From an uncultured Verrucomicrobiota bacterium (lineage in GTDB: Bacteria > Verrucomicrobiota > Verrucomicrobiia > Limisphaerales > UBA1100), in assembly GCA_964616045.1 (NCBI GenBank), contig CAZTTU010000005.1:1-53344 (forward strand): a stretch of 53,344 bases of DNA, read 5' to 3'. A program made the position numbers and the translations under genes. Under the pieces are notes generated by a model. It made no database searches and had not been told where the DNA came from. It worked only from the letters and a program-made list of their open reading frames with translations. This document shows positions 17,964 through 28,500 of the stretch, piece after piece; within the stretch, counting starts at the first letter, position 1, and each line of letters begins with the position of its first letter.

Positions 17964-20900
17964 TTAATTGTCATTGTCAATAGAATTAGCCTCGCTTTCG
18001 AATTGGGACAACATTTCCGGCAAGGCAAGGCGACCTCGTGCGTACTTTGCCGCATCACTCTCTGGGAAATCCCAGCGACAGCGATTATAACGGCGGAAAG
18101 CAAAAGACACATTGTTGGCGCTACGATAGCTTTCGCCTGCCCAGAATAACGCCTCTGAACACAATGGATCGTCCGGAAACTTCTTTGCAAAGAGGTCAAA
18201 CACCCCGCCGGCCTTGGCGAAGCCCTCATCCTTGTAATGGCACTGCCCCCAACGAAATGCCATTTTCGGAGCAAACTCATGGTCGGCAAAGCGATCCATG
18301 AATTTCTCAGCAACCTTCGCAGCGACTTTGTAATTTTCCCCCTTATAAAAATACTCGTTGATGCGGATCATCACGTTCGGGATCAGCGGATTCTTGGGAT
18401 AGGTCGCAGCCAGAGTAACATATTCCTCCAATGCACGATCGAAGTCATTCGCCTCTTCAAAACACTGCGCCAGTTTGTACTGCGCATCCGCAGCCAGAGT
18501 GTGGTTTGGATATTGCCGAACAATGAGCGCGTAACTGTTGGCGGCTTCATTCCAATCCTCCAGCTCCTGCGAGAATTGCCCACTCAGGTAGGCAATACGA
18601 GGCAGATATTTCGGATCTGGATAATCAACCATGATCTCCTTAAGAACCCGTCGACCCGCCTTGAGTGCTTTTTCACTTTCATCCTCACGCTCAAGTTTCA
18701 GGTTATTCTTGAATAATTCAAAATAGCTCTCGGCAATGTGGAATTGGGTCTGTACGGCGAGCTGTTGATTGCCAAATATTTTACTGAACGCCGAAACAAT
18801 TCCATCGGTACCAATCGCCACAGGCAACTCAACACTAAGCTCCACCTCGCCTTCTTCCGCTCCTGAGGCGGCATCTAAGTAGGTAGCAATAAGCTTGTCA
18901 CCAAAGAAGCACTCTATCTCCCTGTCAATATCGCTGAAGTTTAACGCAGTGGGTTTTTCACGCGCCTTCAATTCGAACGAGCCTACAAAAACGCCACTGT
19001 GACTAAGGGTTTCCTCCAAGGTCACTTTCTCGTTCTCCCCAGTTCCAGTGGCAATGCCTAACTCCGCCTTGTCTCGATCATCGGATATATCGAGATCAGG
19101 GTCGGCTATCATAACATAAAGTTTTTCTCCCACGCGCAACAGCTCCGTTGATTTTTCATAACCCTCGTCGGTTATGGCCATGGAACCATCCGTTACAAGC
19201 CGTGCCTTTGAGGATAAATCGACAGCCGTGGCATCCGGACGCACCTGGTCATGGTAAATGGCAGAAAGCAGCGACTTGCCGTTCACATTAAGCACGGTAT
19301 CCAGCAAGTTGTTGGATTCAGTTTCCTTATCCTCACCCGCGGGACGGGCAAGACCAGTAAGTCCAGAGCCGGAGCCCAGTGAGCGAGGCAGTCTAGAAGG
19401 GGAAGCCACGCCACCCAATTGCATTTTAACCTGACCCACAAATCTCCCCATCATGAGGGCGGCACTGGCTTGGCCTGATTCAACCCCAGAGACATCGCCG
19501 AATTGGGTGGATAACACACAAGTAATCTCCACCGCATTGGTGGTGCCGGCATCCAACTGCACGGTCACAGTACTCAAACTGTCCTTAGCAGCGTCGGGAT
19601 CGACTACCACCACAGTCAACGGCACGAAATAGTTCACACCCACAGGTTCTTCCTGACCTTCAGTTGCCGGCAGGAAAACCGCTTGCGGCTTGGCCTCACT
19701 GTCGGGCTGAGGCACGGTTCGGCGAGTACCGATGATGCGCATCACGCCATCGGTCGGTTCATTGGCAAAAACCACGGCCTCGCGTTGAACGGAATGACCG
19801 GGAAAGGTGTTCTGCAAATCCACATACCGACAAAACACTCGATCTCCCTTCCCGATCACCAGCTTTTCGCCATCGGCCTCTGCGGCAGTGTCGACCTCCA
19901 CCCGGAAAACACCGGAGTATTCCCCGATTTCGGTCGCGGTGAGTTCTTTCCATTTCACGCCGTTGGCCCAGATTTCCACAGGTACGGTATCGCGCTCATC
20001 GGTTTGGTCCATGTCGTAGTCAGTCACTTCAAAGGTGATGCGATCACCCGGGTCGATGCGCAGCAATTCCTTGCGCGTTTGCTGCACGCCACCTCCGACA
20101 TTGCGACTGAAGTCAAAACCGATTGGCAACACCTCCGCGTTGTTGTAGGTGGCCTGAAGTTCCCGCGTAAGCAACCGGCTACCACCTTGTGTGGCAATAG
20201 AGGTTTCGTCGGTATAACTGGCGGTAATCACGTCGCCACCGGCAATCTCCAATGTCTCATTCTCGGCCAACGTGCTCACGTCCACCTTGGTGGGGATAAA
20301 CGTTTTGTCTCCGTTTCGAATTTCAACGTGATTAATCGCCACCGAGTCACCCAAATATTCATCTATCTGGAACCGGGCGTAGCGTAATTTCACCGGATCG
20401 AAGAAAAATTCCCATTCCCGGTCGCGCTGGACCATTCCCACTTTCTCAGCCGGCCGCAATTCCAAGCCGGCCACATCCATCAAGCCACTGCCCTTGATTT
20501 CCAGCGGCTTGATCGAGAGCGCCTGTGGATCGGCAGAATCCACCATCATTATGCCTACCCGATGCCAAGCAAACGTGTTCCAGCCACCAGTCTTGGGCAC
20601 CTCCATTTCGATCAATTGATCTCCAAATTCCACGCGAAATTTCGATCCTCCATCCTGATGTGACAAATTCACCCACAACTCATACGCGCCGACATTGGGC
20701 ACCGTAAACAGCCACTTCATCGTGTCTTCTATATTCTTCCAATTTCCGATACGCTGAGCATTGTTTACGGTGATCACTCCGAATTTTTCGGTTTTTACGT
20801 GAAACTCCGTCTTGTTCATGTCCATCTCAATAGATTTTTGTGCGACGACAGCTTGGTCGGGCTTTAGGTCCAGGAATCTCTTGGCTGACTCCAAGTCAAA

Positions 20901-23900
20901 ATCCTCCACGGTAAAGGAATTCAATTGAGGATTGCTATTACTGTAATTGGATCGCGCCCGGGTGGCCTCGAGTGGTTTTTTGGCCGTCTTGTTCGCGACA
21001 AAGATGGCAATCTCATGTAAGCCAGAAGTCAGCCATACATCCACCGTTTTGACCTCTGCGGAGGGTTGCATCACCACCCGGCCATCCACAACCACGGCGG
21101 CCAAGTCACCCGTCACGCCAATGCGCATTGCGCCTTCCCGTAATTGCACTATTTGACCGTTCCACAAAGACGCGTGCGGCTGGTCGGCACCCTCAGCATT
21201 CGGCTCAGGAATCCACGACAATTCCGTGGCGTTTTCATCCAATATCGGTTTACCCGTGCGAGAAAGCGATACCACTTGGGACCAACTCTTAAGGCCAGTA
21301 TGGTCTCCGGAATAAATTCGCTGCCGTAGCTGGTCGGTTCGACCGGATACCGCTTCAGCTTGAGGCAGCATGGGGTGCGCAGCGATGGTAAACCAAAAAA
21401 CTCCGTCATGGCTGCCTAGCAGTGTACCACGCACAGGGTTGTTTTCCGAAGCATTGGGTGTGGCCACGCGCAAACGAGAAACGGTGTGCAGTTGTTTCAT
21501 GTCCACCGTCAGCAACTTAGGTGTTACGCCGTCAGGCTCGGATTGCCAGTAAGTATCACTGCTATGATCGATGGCCATCAGCGGGTTATGGTCAATTGCG
21601 CTGTCAGTGGCAGACGCGCCGGCGGGTAGCTCGGAAGTAGGAATGGCCGCGCGGAATTCGCCTGTGTGAGGCCCGGTCTCCAGCAATTCCACCTGCACCT
21701 GATCACCACTATTCGCTCGCAGGGTCACAGCCACCCGGTCGGGCTCATCACCAAGATCGCGGTCAACATCTTGCAGGCGCATGAAAATTCGGTTGCCTGG
21801 CTTTACTTGGTTGGATGGACGACCTTGGGAAACACGTCGGTCCTGATCTGCTTCTTCGGCCTGTTCGCGCTGAAGTTGTTGAGTGAGGGTTTCCTTTTCC
21901 ACGTCCACAATCTCACTGCTGGCCACATCAAATTGACCATCGGCTGCAATGCGTATTTCCACATCGCTAAGCGGCACGGTGCGAAACTGCGCCTTAAACT
22001 TAGCCGGGTAATCACTCTCGATCACGTCACGACCGGTGAGTTGTAGCAGTCCGTCATTTTTTTCCATGACACCCAGAGTGGTATCCACCTCTCCGCGGAA
22101 CAATCCTTTGCCAGCACCTGCCGTGCTGCGCAAATACACCAGTTCCTCATCGCCACCGGGTTTTGTGGTGACTACCACTGGAATACGATTTTTCCCGCGG
22201 CTCACACCCAAATCACGATCGTGCACCACGATGGACAATGCGTTTCCCGGAACATGCAAACGCTTACTGGCCTGTCCCAGTCGACCAACAGTACGCAGAA
22301 GGTTCAGCTGCTGCAGGTAACGCTGCTCCAGTCCGTAAATTTCCGACAAACTAAACAAGGTTCGGTTGGCCAGCTCCACATCCGGCACGCGCTCGAGGAT
22401 ATGCTGGAATTTCTCACGAGCCTCATCACGTTGTTCCTGCCGAAATGCCAGAAGGCCGTTGAGGAACTCTGCACGGATCGAAATTTGCAAATCCGGATTT
22501 TCTTCCAGTGATTTGAACATTTGGGAAGCTTGATCGTAGATTTTCTGACCCATGAACGATTCCCCAATACCAAACTTAGCCTCAATGGCGTGTGGTGTGC
22601 CGGAATAACGATTAGTCACCGTGGAATACTCCGCGCGCGCCACGTCATAGCGCTGCCCCTTGTAGTAGCTCTTGGCTAGCAATAGCTGCAAACGCGCCTT
22701 TGCGGTCTCACTTTGCTGCTTACTTTCGGGCTTATCGGGATCGGTAAACTTAATCAACCAGGAGCGCAGAATGTCCTCCACCTCCGCCAATTTTTCCTCG
22801 CCACCACCCGCCATCAGATGGGTGCAAACAAATTCAATCAAGTCCGGCGGCAGGTCGTTGCGATGCTCCTTAAACAACTCCACGTTGTCTTGATACAGCT
22901 CACGCGCCTTATCCCTGTCGCCCAGTCGAAGGTAAAGTGCCGCCTGCAACAGTGGAGCCAGCGGGCTGTCCTCGTCAATCGTCAACCCCACCGCGCCCAT
23001 GCGTGAATGAGCACGCAGCACCGCACCACGGCCTTCATCTTGTGACTCTTTTGAGGAGCTGGTTATGTTTGACAGCATACCCGTCAGAAGTGTTGCACTA
23101 TCGACGTAACGCTTCGCCTCAAAGGTCTTCTGCGCGTAGCTACGGATTGAGTTCCAGCGAGTCTGGTCATTGTTAATCGACTGCAAACGACCATTGGCCT
23201 GCGTAATTCGCATCAGCCGTAACAATCGCTGCATTGCGGGCTCCTGATCCAAGGCTCCCGCCAAGAGCAGATCACAGGTAGAATATGCTGATTGGTCACG
23301 CGTACGAATATCGCGCAAGACCTTGTAGACACTCAACTTGGCCACATCGTCCAGCACCTTAAAATCCTTATATGCTGGGTCTTCACTCTCAGTTAAAGTC
23401 TTGTTGTTATAGGCAAATTCACGCCAAGTATAACCCACGTCACGCCAACTCTGGCTTGCAAATGGCGTTTCCCTCGCCGTCGCCCGCAGCTTTTGCACAG
23501 CCTGTGAAAAAGCCGGAATATTACCCTGCAACCGCAGGATATCCGTGATCTTAAGGGCCGCAATCCGGTGTTTCAGATCCGGCCAACGATAATCGGCCTG
23601 CTCGCGCCATGGCTCAGGAGGATTACCGCCGTTGGCAAGAAATCTCTCCGCGCAATTACGCTCCTCATATCGGCCATGGGAAACGTTCGCATCAGACACT
23701 CGCCGCCACCAGTCCAACGCCTGTGTCTTTTGGTTGAATTTGTAGAGCACATCTCCGACATAGTCGCTGTAGGCAGTATCAATTGGAATCTTGATCGCCC
23801 ACTGATATATGGCCAGCGCCAGCGCAGGATCCTTGTTTAATTCGGCAACCTGCATCAGGCTGCGAACCAATCCGGAATTGCCTCTCTTCAAGGGTATACG

Positions 23901-25934
23901 CAAAATGCGCTGGGCATAGACCTTGGCTTGCGCCTTGGTCTCTTCGTTTCGGTTATCCTCCATCACCCATTGCAATGCAGTGTGATCATTGGGGTGTAAT
24001 TTCAGGAGCAATAATCCCAGTTGGTGCGCACGTTCCGGGTCACGTTTCTTGGCATAGCTGAACAATGTGCCGCGTTGGGTGCCGACGATGTGAAATTGAT
24101 TGTTTCGACCCATCTGAGCTAATCCCTTGATGGCCGCTGCGCGAACTGTCACGGCTTTTTTGGAGGAGGTTGAAGCTGATGAATAGTGCGTGATAGCCGC
24201 CAGCAGCGGTTCGGTGTTCTGCTTGGCCACTTCCGCGGCGATATATTGGGCCTTGGCCTTTTGATCCTTGTTGCCCTTATTAGCCGTGGCCCATCCCGGA
24301 AGGTAGTTTCGGTAGTTGTTGTCCAGAAAATGATCTCGCCGCTGCTTGAGCATAAGGGCCACGTCGGCGCGGAACTGGTTATTCAACGACTGGCGCGTCA
24401 ACAAGTCCTCGAACATCGAGGCCATCCAGCTGGAGTAAATTGCCACTTCCTTCACCGCCAAGCGCGCGTGAGCCAAGGCGGTGGCCTCGTTCTTCATCCG
24501 GTCCCGATACAGGTTGCGCGACAGCACGATCCGCAGGCCCAGCTTATCGGAGGGTCGCTTGGCCTGTGATATGGCTGCGGTAAGCGTACGACTGGCCTCA
24601 TTGGCTAGGGTGTTCACCGTGTTTTGCTTTGCGGCATGTGCGGCTGTATCAGTGCGAAATTTAACTTCAAGCGCTTGGCGCGCCTTCACGGCGTTGTCAT
24701 AGGCCACCTTGGTAGTCATTTTTGCGTCAGGATTCTTCGTCTTATTAAAAGTATCCAGCTTGATTTTCTCGTCCTTCCGGGCATTTTCCAGACTAGTCTG
24801 GGTCGCCATCTTGGTGCTGTTGGCTGTGTTGAGTTCACCCACCGCCTTGTCCATTAGCCACGTCACGTAGTTGGCCGCCATGCTGCCATCTCCAGCGGCA
24901 TGGGCCAGAGCCGGAACCACCGCGCGCGCAGCACGCATTGTATCTCCTTCGCGTGCATAGGCATTACCAATGCGATTGTAGTTACTCCAGCGCGCGTGCT
25001 CATTGGGAAAACGGGCGGCAAAGGAATTAACCTCCGGCACGATCTGAGCAGCCTTCATCGCAGCCTGATACATGGCGTAGATTTGCCGCTCATGCAACTG
25101 CCACCCTTCATTTGGCCGCCAACCTTCACCTTGACCGCGCGCCTGCTTCAAAGCCACCACGGCGTTGGCCCATTGGCTTTGGGAAATGAAATTTTCGGCC
25201 TGCAGCCGATATAATTCATGCCGAATGAGGCGCGTAAGTGGCAGCCCACCTTTCTTGAACATCTTCTGGATAACCTGATTGGATTCAACCCAGCGACTAA
25301 GATAACGATACTCACTCACCGCGCGCAAACCGGCGCGCAGGGTGTATTCGCCGCCGGGCAGTCTATCCAACAAGCTCTCGGCCATTTGAGCTGACCGTAT
25401 GCGCAAACGAGGATCCCCCTCTTGCCCGTACAACTCCGAGGCGCGCTCAGCCGCCGGTCGATTGGCGGCAACTGGCTTATGTTCCCACAAAAGACGCAAT
25501 GCATCAGCAGCCTCTCGTCGCTTCCGGTTACGCTCCAAGGCATCCGCCACGCGCAGCGCAACATCCAATGCCTCGGTTGAGCCAGAATATCGCGACAGGT
25601 ATTGACGCCCAACAGTGATAAGATCGTCGCGGCGAGCCATTACCTCTAATCCATCGATTAACTTTAACATCACCTCGCGGTGCTTGGAGTGCTTACTTTG
25701 TGCCTTTACGAATCTTTCACTCACACGCACCAAACCGAATACTCGACCTTCCTGGTAATATAGGTCAGTCAGTTCCAACATAACTTTGGCTGCTGCAGGC
25801 GAGGTATCAAGGCTTTTGGTAAGTTGGGTTTCCAACGCGGCAGCCTGTTTATCGATTGCGCTGGATTCAGGTTTATCAGCAGCCGACAGGAGTAGCGGGC
25901 ATGCGAGGAGAAAAACAATAAATCGGATTATCAT
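17964..25934 (-). CDS. Giant secreted TPR protein (2656 aa) with Ig-like repeats and discoidin-, PA14- and CBM6/35-like domains
   Basis: Signal peptide; N-terminal, central and C-terminal TPR arrays; five Asp-rich D-x-D...(ET)..(S/T)G.F beta repeats; AIDH...TYWQS...LTVDM (F5/8C-like); VPKTGGWNTF (CBM6/35-like). Confidence 0.85.
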   Translation of the reverse strand: MIIRFIVFLLACPLLLSAADKPESSAIDKQAAALETQLTKSLDTSPAAAKVMLELTDLYYQEGRVFGLVRVSERFVKAQSKHSKHREVMLKLIDGLEVMARRDDLITVGRQYLSRYSGSTEALDVALRVADALERNRKRREAADALRLLWEHKPVAANRPAAERASELYGQEGDPRLRIRSAQMAESLLDRLPGGEYTLRAGLRAVSEYRYLSRWVESNQVIQKMFKKGGLPLTRLIRHELYRLQAENFISQSQWANAVVALKQARGQGEGWRPNEGWQLHERQIYAMYQAAMKAAQIVPEVNSFAARFPNEHARWSNYNRIGNAYAREGDTMRAARAVVPALAHAAGDGSMAANYVTWLMDKAVGELNTANSTKMATQTSLENARKDEKIKLDTFNKTKNPDAKMTTKVAYDNAVKARQALEVKFRTDTAAHAAKQNTVNTLANEASRTLTAAISQAKRPSDKLGLRIVLSRNLYRDRMKNEATALAHARLAVKEVAIYSSWMASMFEDLLTRQSLNNQFRADVALMLKQRRDHFLDNNYRNYLPGWATANKGNKDQKAKAQYIAAEVAKQNTEPLLAAITHYSSASTSSKKAVTVRAAAIKGLAQMGRNNQFHIVGTQRGTLFSYAKKRDPERAHQLGLLLLKLHPNDHTALQWVMEDNRNEETKAQAKVYAQRILRIPLKRGNSGLVRSLMQVAELNKDPALALAIYQWAIKIPIDTAYSDYVGDVLYKFNQKTQALDWWRRVSDANVSHGRYEERNCAERFLANGGNPPEPWREQADYRWPDLKHRIAALKITDILRLQGNIPAFSQAVQKLRATARETPFASQSWRDVGYTWREFAYNNKTLTESEDPAYKDFKVLDDVAKLSVYKVLRDIRTRDQSAYSTCDLLLAGALDQEPAMQRLLRLMRITQANGRLQSINNDQTRWNSIRSYAQKTFEAKRYVDSATLLTGMLSNITSSSKESQDEGRGAVLRAHSRMGAVGLTIDEDSPLAPLLQAALYLRLGDRDKARELYQDNVELFKEHRNDLPPDLIEFVCTHLMAGGGEEKLAEVEDILRSWLIKFTDPDKPESKQQSETAKARLQLLLAKSYYKGQRYDVARAEYSTVTNRYSGTPHAIEAKFGIGESFMGQKIYDQASQMFKSLEENPDLQISIRAEFLNGLLAFRQEQRDEAREKFQHILERVPDVELANRTLFSLSEIYGLEQRYLQQLNLLRTVGRLGQASKRLHVPGNALSIVVHDRDLGVSRGKNRIPVVVTTKPGGDEELVYLRSTAGAGKGLFRGEVDTTLGVMEKNDGLLQLTGRDVIESDYPAKFKAQFRTVPLSDVEIRIAADGQFDVASSEIVDVEKETLTQQLQREQAEEADQDRRVSQGRPSNQVKPGNRIFMRLQDVDRDLGDEPDRVAVTLRANSGDQVQVELLETGPHTGEFRAAIPTSELPAGASATDSAIDHNPLMAIDHSSDTYWQSEPDGVTPKLLTVDMKQLHTVSRLRVATPNASENNPVRGTLLGSHDGVFWFTIAAHPMLPQAEAVSGRTDQLRQRIYSGDHTGLKSWSQVVSLSRTGKPILDENATELSWIPEPNAEGADQPHASLWNGQIVQLREGAMRIGVTGDLAAVVVDGRVVMQPSAEVKTVDVWLTSGLHEIAIFVANKTAKKPLEATRARSNYSNSNPQLNSFTVEDFDLESAKRFLDLKPDQAVVAQKSIEMDMNKTEFHVKTEKFGVITVNNAQRIGNWKNIEDTMKWLFTVPNVGAYELWVNLSHQDGGSKFRVEFGDQLIEMEVPKTGGWNTFAWHRVGIMMVDSADPQALSIKPLEIKGSGLMDVAGLELRPAEKVGMVQRDREWEFFFDPVKLRYARFQIDEYLGDSVAINHVEIRNGDKTFIPTKVDVSTLAENETLEIAGGDVITASYTDETSIATQGGSRLLTRELQATYNNAEVLPIGFDFSRNVGGGVQQTRKELLRIDPGDRITFEVTDYDMDQTDERDTVPVEIWANGVKWKELTATEIGEYSGVFRVEVDTAAEADGEKLVIGKGDRVFCRYVDLQNTFPGHSVQREAVVFANEPTDGVMRIIGTRRTVPQPDSEAKPQAVFLPATEGQEEPVGVNYFVPLTVVVVDPDAAKDSLSTVTVQLDAGTTNAVEITCVLSTQFGDVSGVESGQASAALMMGRFVGQVKMQLGGVASPSRLPRSLGSGSGLTGLARPAGEDKETESNNLLDTVLNVNGKSLLSAIYHDQVRPDATAVDLSSKARLVTDGSMAITDEGYEKSTELLRVGEKLYVMIADPDLDISDDRDKAELGIATGTGENEKVTLEETLSHSGVFVGSFELKAREKPTALNFSDIDREIECFFGDKLIATYLDAASGAEEGEVELSVELPVAIGTDGIVSAFSKIFGNQQLAVQTQFHIAESYFELFKNNLKLEREDESEKALKAGRRVLKEIMVDYPDPKYLPRIAYLSGQFSQELEDWNEAANSYALIVRQYPNHTLAADAQYKLAQCFEEANDFDRALEEYVTLAATYPKNPLIPNVMIRINEYFYKGENYKVAAKVAEKFMDRFADHEFAPKMAFRWGQCHYKDEGFAKAGGVFDLFAKKFPDDPLCSEALFWAGESYRSANNVSFAFRRYNRCRWDFPESDAAKYARGRLALPEMLSQFESEANSIDNDN

Positions 25935-25951
25935 GGTATCAAATTAGAGGG

Positions 25952-28339
25952 TTAAAATCCGCCCTTGGCGAGAGCCTGAGCAATACGCTTAGCCTCGGGA
26001 GCCAACTGGCTCTGGGGAAATTCGTCAATCAACTGGTCAAACCGCTTTCGAGCCTCCCCTTTGCGCTCCATTCGATAGAGACAGCGACCATAGTTGAAAA
26101 GGATCACATCCAGAAAATTACCGTCGGGATAATCGGAAAGGACTTTCTCAAAGACATCCACCGCGCGCGCGTAATCTTTTCTTTGGTAATAGAAGCTAGC
26201 CATCTTGGCGACAGCATCTCCAACCTTGCCGCTTTCTGGAAATTGGTCAAAGACCGCCTTGTAAGCCAGAAAGGCACGCTCATACATTTGCCCATTATTA
26301 CCACCCGCTGCCTTGGCCATTTCCTCATAGCATTCACCAATGCCGTATTGCCCTTCCCCTCGCAGCTGACTCTTTGTCAACCGTGTGAGGTTATTGTAGA
26401 GAGATACAGCGCGCGCGTAGTCTCCGGATTTCTGAGCCACACGTGCTTGTTGCAATATGGCTTCATCAAGGTAAACACTCTCAGGAAATTCCCGCTGCAG
26501 GCGCAGGCTCATGGCTGCAGCAAGATTTAGGCGATCCATTGCAAAATAAATACGCCAGAGCTGCACATAGGTTTCCTCCAACAAGCTGCCACCAATTTTG
26601 CGCGCTTCATCGGCAATCTCTTCGCCAACGCTCAGTGCTTCCTCATATTTAAGTTTCGCTTTAGCATCGAGGCCAAAATCACGATATTGGGTGCCGATTT
26701 GGGTTAGCGCACTGGCGGTTTTGAGCTTCGTCTTAAGTGCCAGCTCGGCGTCGTTGATTTCCGTACGGGTCACGCGCACTCCGCCAAGGTTGCCTTCCAC
26801 GCACTTGGCCTCGCGGGTCAAATCGCGCGGGCCGGCAGTGATGTTCAACTTATCGGTGTAGCTCAGGCGAATGAGATCTCTGGGCTGCGCCTGCAGCTTA
26901 GCATCTCCCTTCACCACTTCAGCCACAGATTCCACGGGCACGGTACCGCGGAAAACACCGGTGTGTATTGTGCCATCACTCACCAAATCCTCAATCTCAC
27001 TCACCAAATCCTCTCCCACGGGTGACTTGGGTGGATCAACAGTGCCTTCACGCCCGATGGAATCCTCATCACCATCGCCAATATTGGCAGGCTTGGGCGT
27101 GGGCTTTTCAATAAGGCCATCATCGCCCGCGCGCTCTGCCTCGGTAAGCGACAGCACCACGGTATCAATCACTTTGTACGGATCCACCTCTTCCTCGGCC
27201 TCCTCAGGATCAGGCACGACCGGCTTGGGCTTGTTGATGGTCTCGGCGATGAGCTTGGCTTTTTCCTCCTCGATCTCCGCAGGGGTCTTTTGCCTCAATA
27301 CATCGACCTTCACCGTCAGGGAATCAGCTTTATCGCTCACGTCGCGATCAGCATCGGCCACCTGCAGATTGGCTTCCTTGCCCAGCACCACACCCTGCAA
27401 TGCCTCGGCAAAGGCACCGTCCATCACTTGCACCATCGCATTGCCCACCACAGTCACTTGTTTTTTTCGCACTGTATCAAACTTGCGATCGGCCGTGTGA
27501 GAATCCACGTAGTCCACTTCCACCTTGGCGGTGCCAGTCACCTCAAGGACGCCATTGCCCTTGCGCGGCTCACCCAACCGTGTGGGAATTGAACCCAACG
27601 CCAAGCGCACATTGCGGCCGACAGACCGGCACTCAACCAGTTCCTCATCGCCCTCGGTGGTACGAACTTTTACCTGCACAGACTCTTCCTTCTCCAGGAT
27701 CGCCAGATCAGCGTCCTCAATCTTCACAAAGAACCGCTTGCCTGCCTCGAGCTTCTCAGCATTCTTGTCCTTCTGGCCAACAGCCGTACCCACCTTTTCC
27801 AACGCGGAAATAGCCCGACCATAATGACCCTGTTTGAAATGGCCCAAACCAATGTAGTAATAGGCTTCGTTCACCTGCTCGGCGACTGGAAATTCCGCAA
27901 TCACCTTGCGCATCACCTTGTAACATTGCCCATAGTGGCGCCCTTCAAAGAGGCAAACGCCCACCTTCAGGGTAGCCGCAGCACGTTGCTCTTCATCTTT
28001 GTTTTCTTCACTGGCTACCGCGTCAAAACTCACACGGGCTTTATCATAGGCATTACCCTTGGTTAGATGATACTCACCCAGTTTCATATGTGCCTGATAA
28101 CGAACTTTACTACGCGGATACCGCTCGATGACAGATTGCCAAATTTCGACGGCCTTTTCCTCCTCGCCCGCATCATAGCGCAGATCGCCGGCCTGAATGA
28201 GCTTGCGCGCCGCGCGATCCTCAATGATGGAACCCCGGGGTGGTTTCGCTGGCGCAGCACCGGCATTTAGAAGGACATTTGATCCGATAAAAAGAAAGAC
28301 AACCCCAATGGTAACAGGTCTGGAAATCATGGCTAACAT
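25952..28339 (-). CDS. Secreted TPR protein with Ig-like inserts (795 aa)
   Basis: Signal peptide; TPR arrays at both ends; central IEDADL.../VADADRD...HTGVFRG repeats like those of the giant protein. Confidence 0.85.
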   Translation of the reverse strand: MLAMISRPVTIGVVFLFIGSNVLLNAGAAPAKPPRGSIIEDRAARKLIQAGDLRYDAGEEEKAVEIWQSVIERYPRSKVRYQAHMKLGEYHLTKGNAYDKARVSFDAVASEENKDEEQRAAATLKVGVCLFEGRHYGQCYKVMRKVIAEFPVAEQVNEAYYYIGLGHFKQGHYGRAISALEKVGTAVGQKDKNAEKLEAGKRFFVKIEDADLAILEKEESVQVKVRTTEGDEELVECRSVGRNVRLALGSIPTRLGEPRKGNGVLEVTGTAKVEVDYVDSHTADRKFDTVRKKQVTVVGNAMVQVMDGAFAEALQGVVLGKEANLQVADADRDVSDKADSLTVKVDVLRQKTPAEIEEEKAKLIAETINKPKPVVPDPEEAEEEVDPYKVIDTVVLSLTEAERAGDDGLIEKPTPKPANIGDGDEDSIGREGTVDPPKSPVGEDLVSEIEDLVSDGTIHTGVFRGTVPVESVAEVVKGDAKLQAQPRDLIRLSYTDKLNITAGPRDLTREAKCVEGNLGGVRVTRTEINDAELALKTKLKTASALTQIGTQYRDFGLDAKAKLKYEEALSVGEEIADEARKIGGSLLEETYVQLWRIYFAMDRLNLAAAMSLRLQREFPESVYLDEAILQQARVAQKSGDYARAVSLYNNLTRLTKSQLRGEGQYGIGECYEEMAKAAGGNNGQMYERAFLAYKAVFDQFPESGKVGDAVAKMASFYYQRKDYARAVDVFEKVLSDYPDGNFLDVILFNYGRCLYRMERKGEARKRFDQLIDEFPQSQLAPEAKRIAQALAKGGF

Positions 28340-28448
28340 CTGACGCGTTTAAATAGCCGCTTCATCAATCCAATTGTCCTTAAGGACAGGCTTCGGCGAC
28401 AAGGGCGAAGGTACTTTATTTGCTGTAAAAAGCAAACTTCATTGGCAC

Positions 28449-28480
28449 AAAAAAACCTCGCCTAAAAATAGGGCGAGGTC
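28449..28480 (-). terminator. Intrinsic terminator after the DUF1501 gene
   Basis: ACCTCGCC/GGCGAGGT stem followed by a T-tract on the minus strand. Confidence 0.75.
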
Positions 28481-28500
28481 TTTCTGTGAACTTCGTGATT

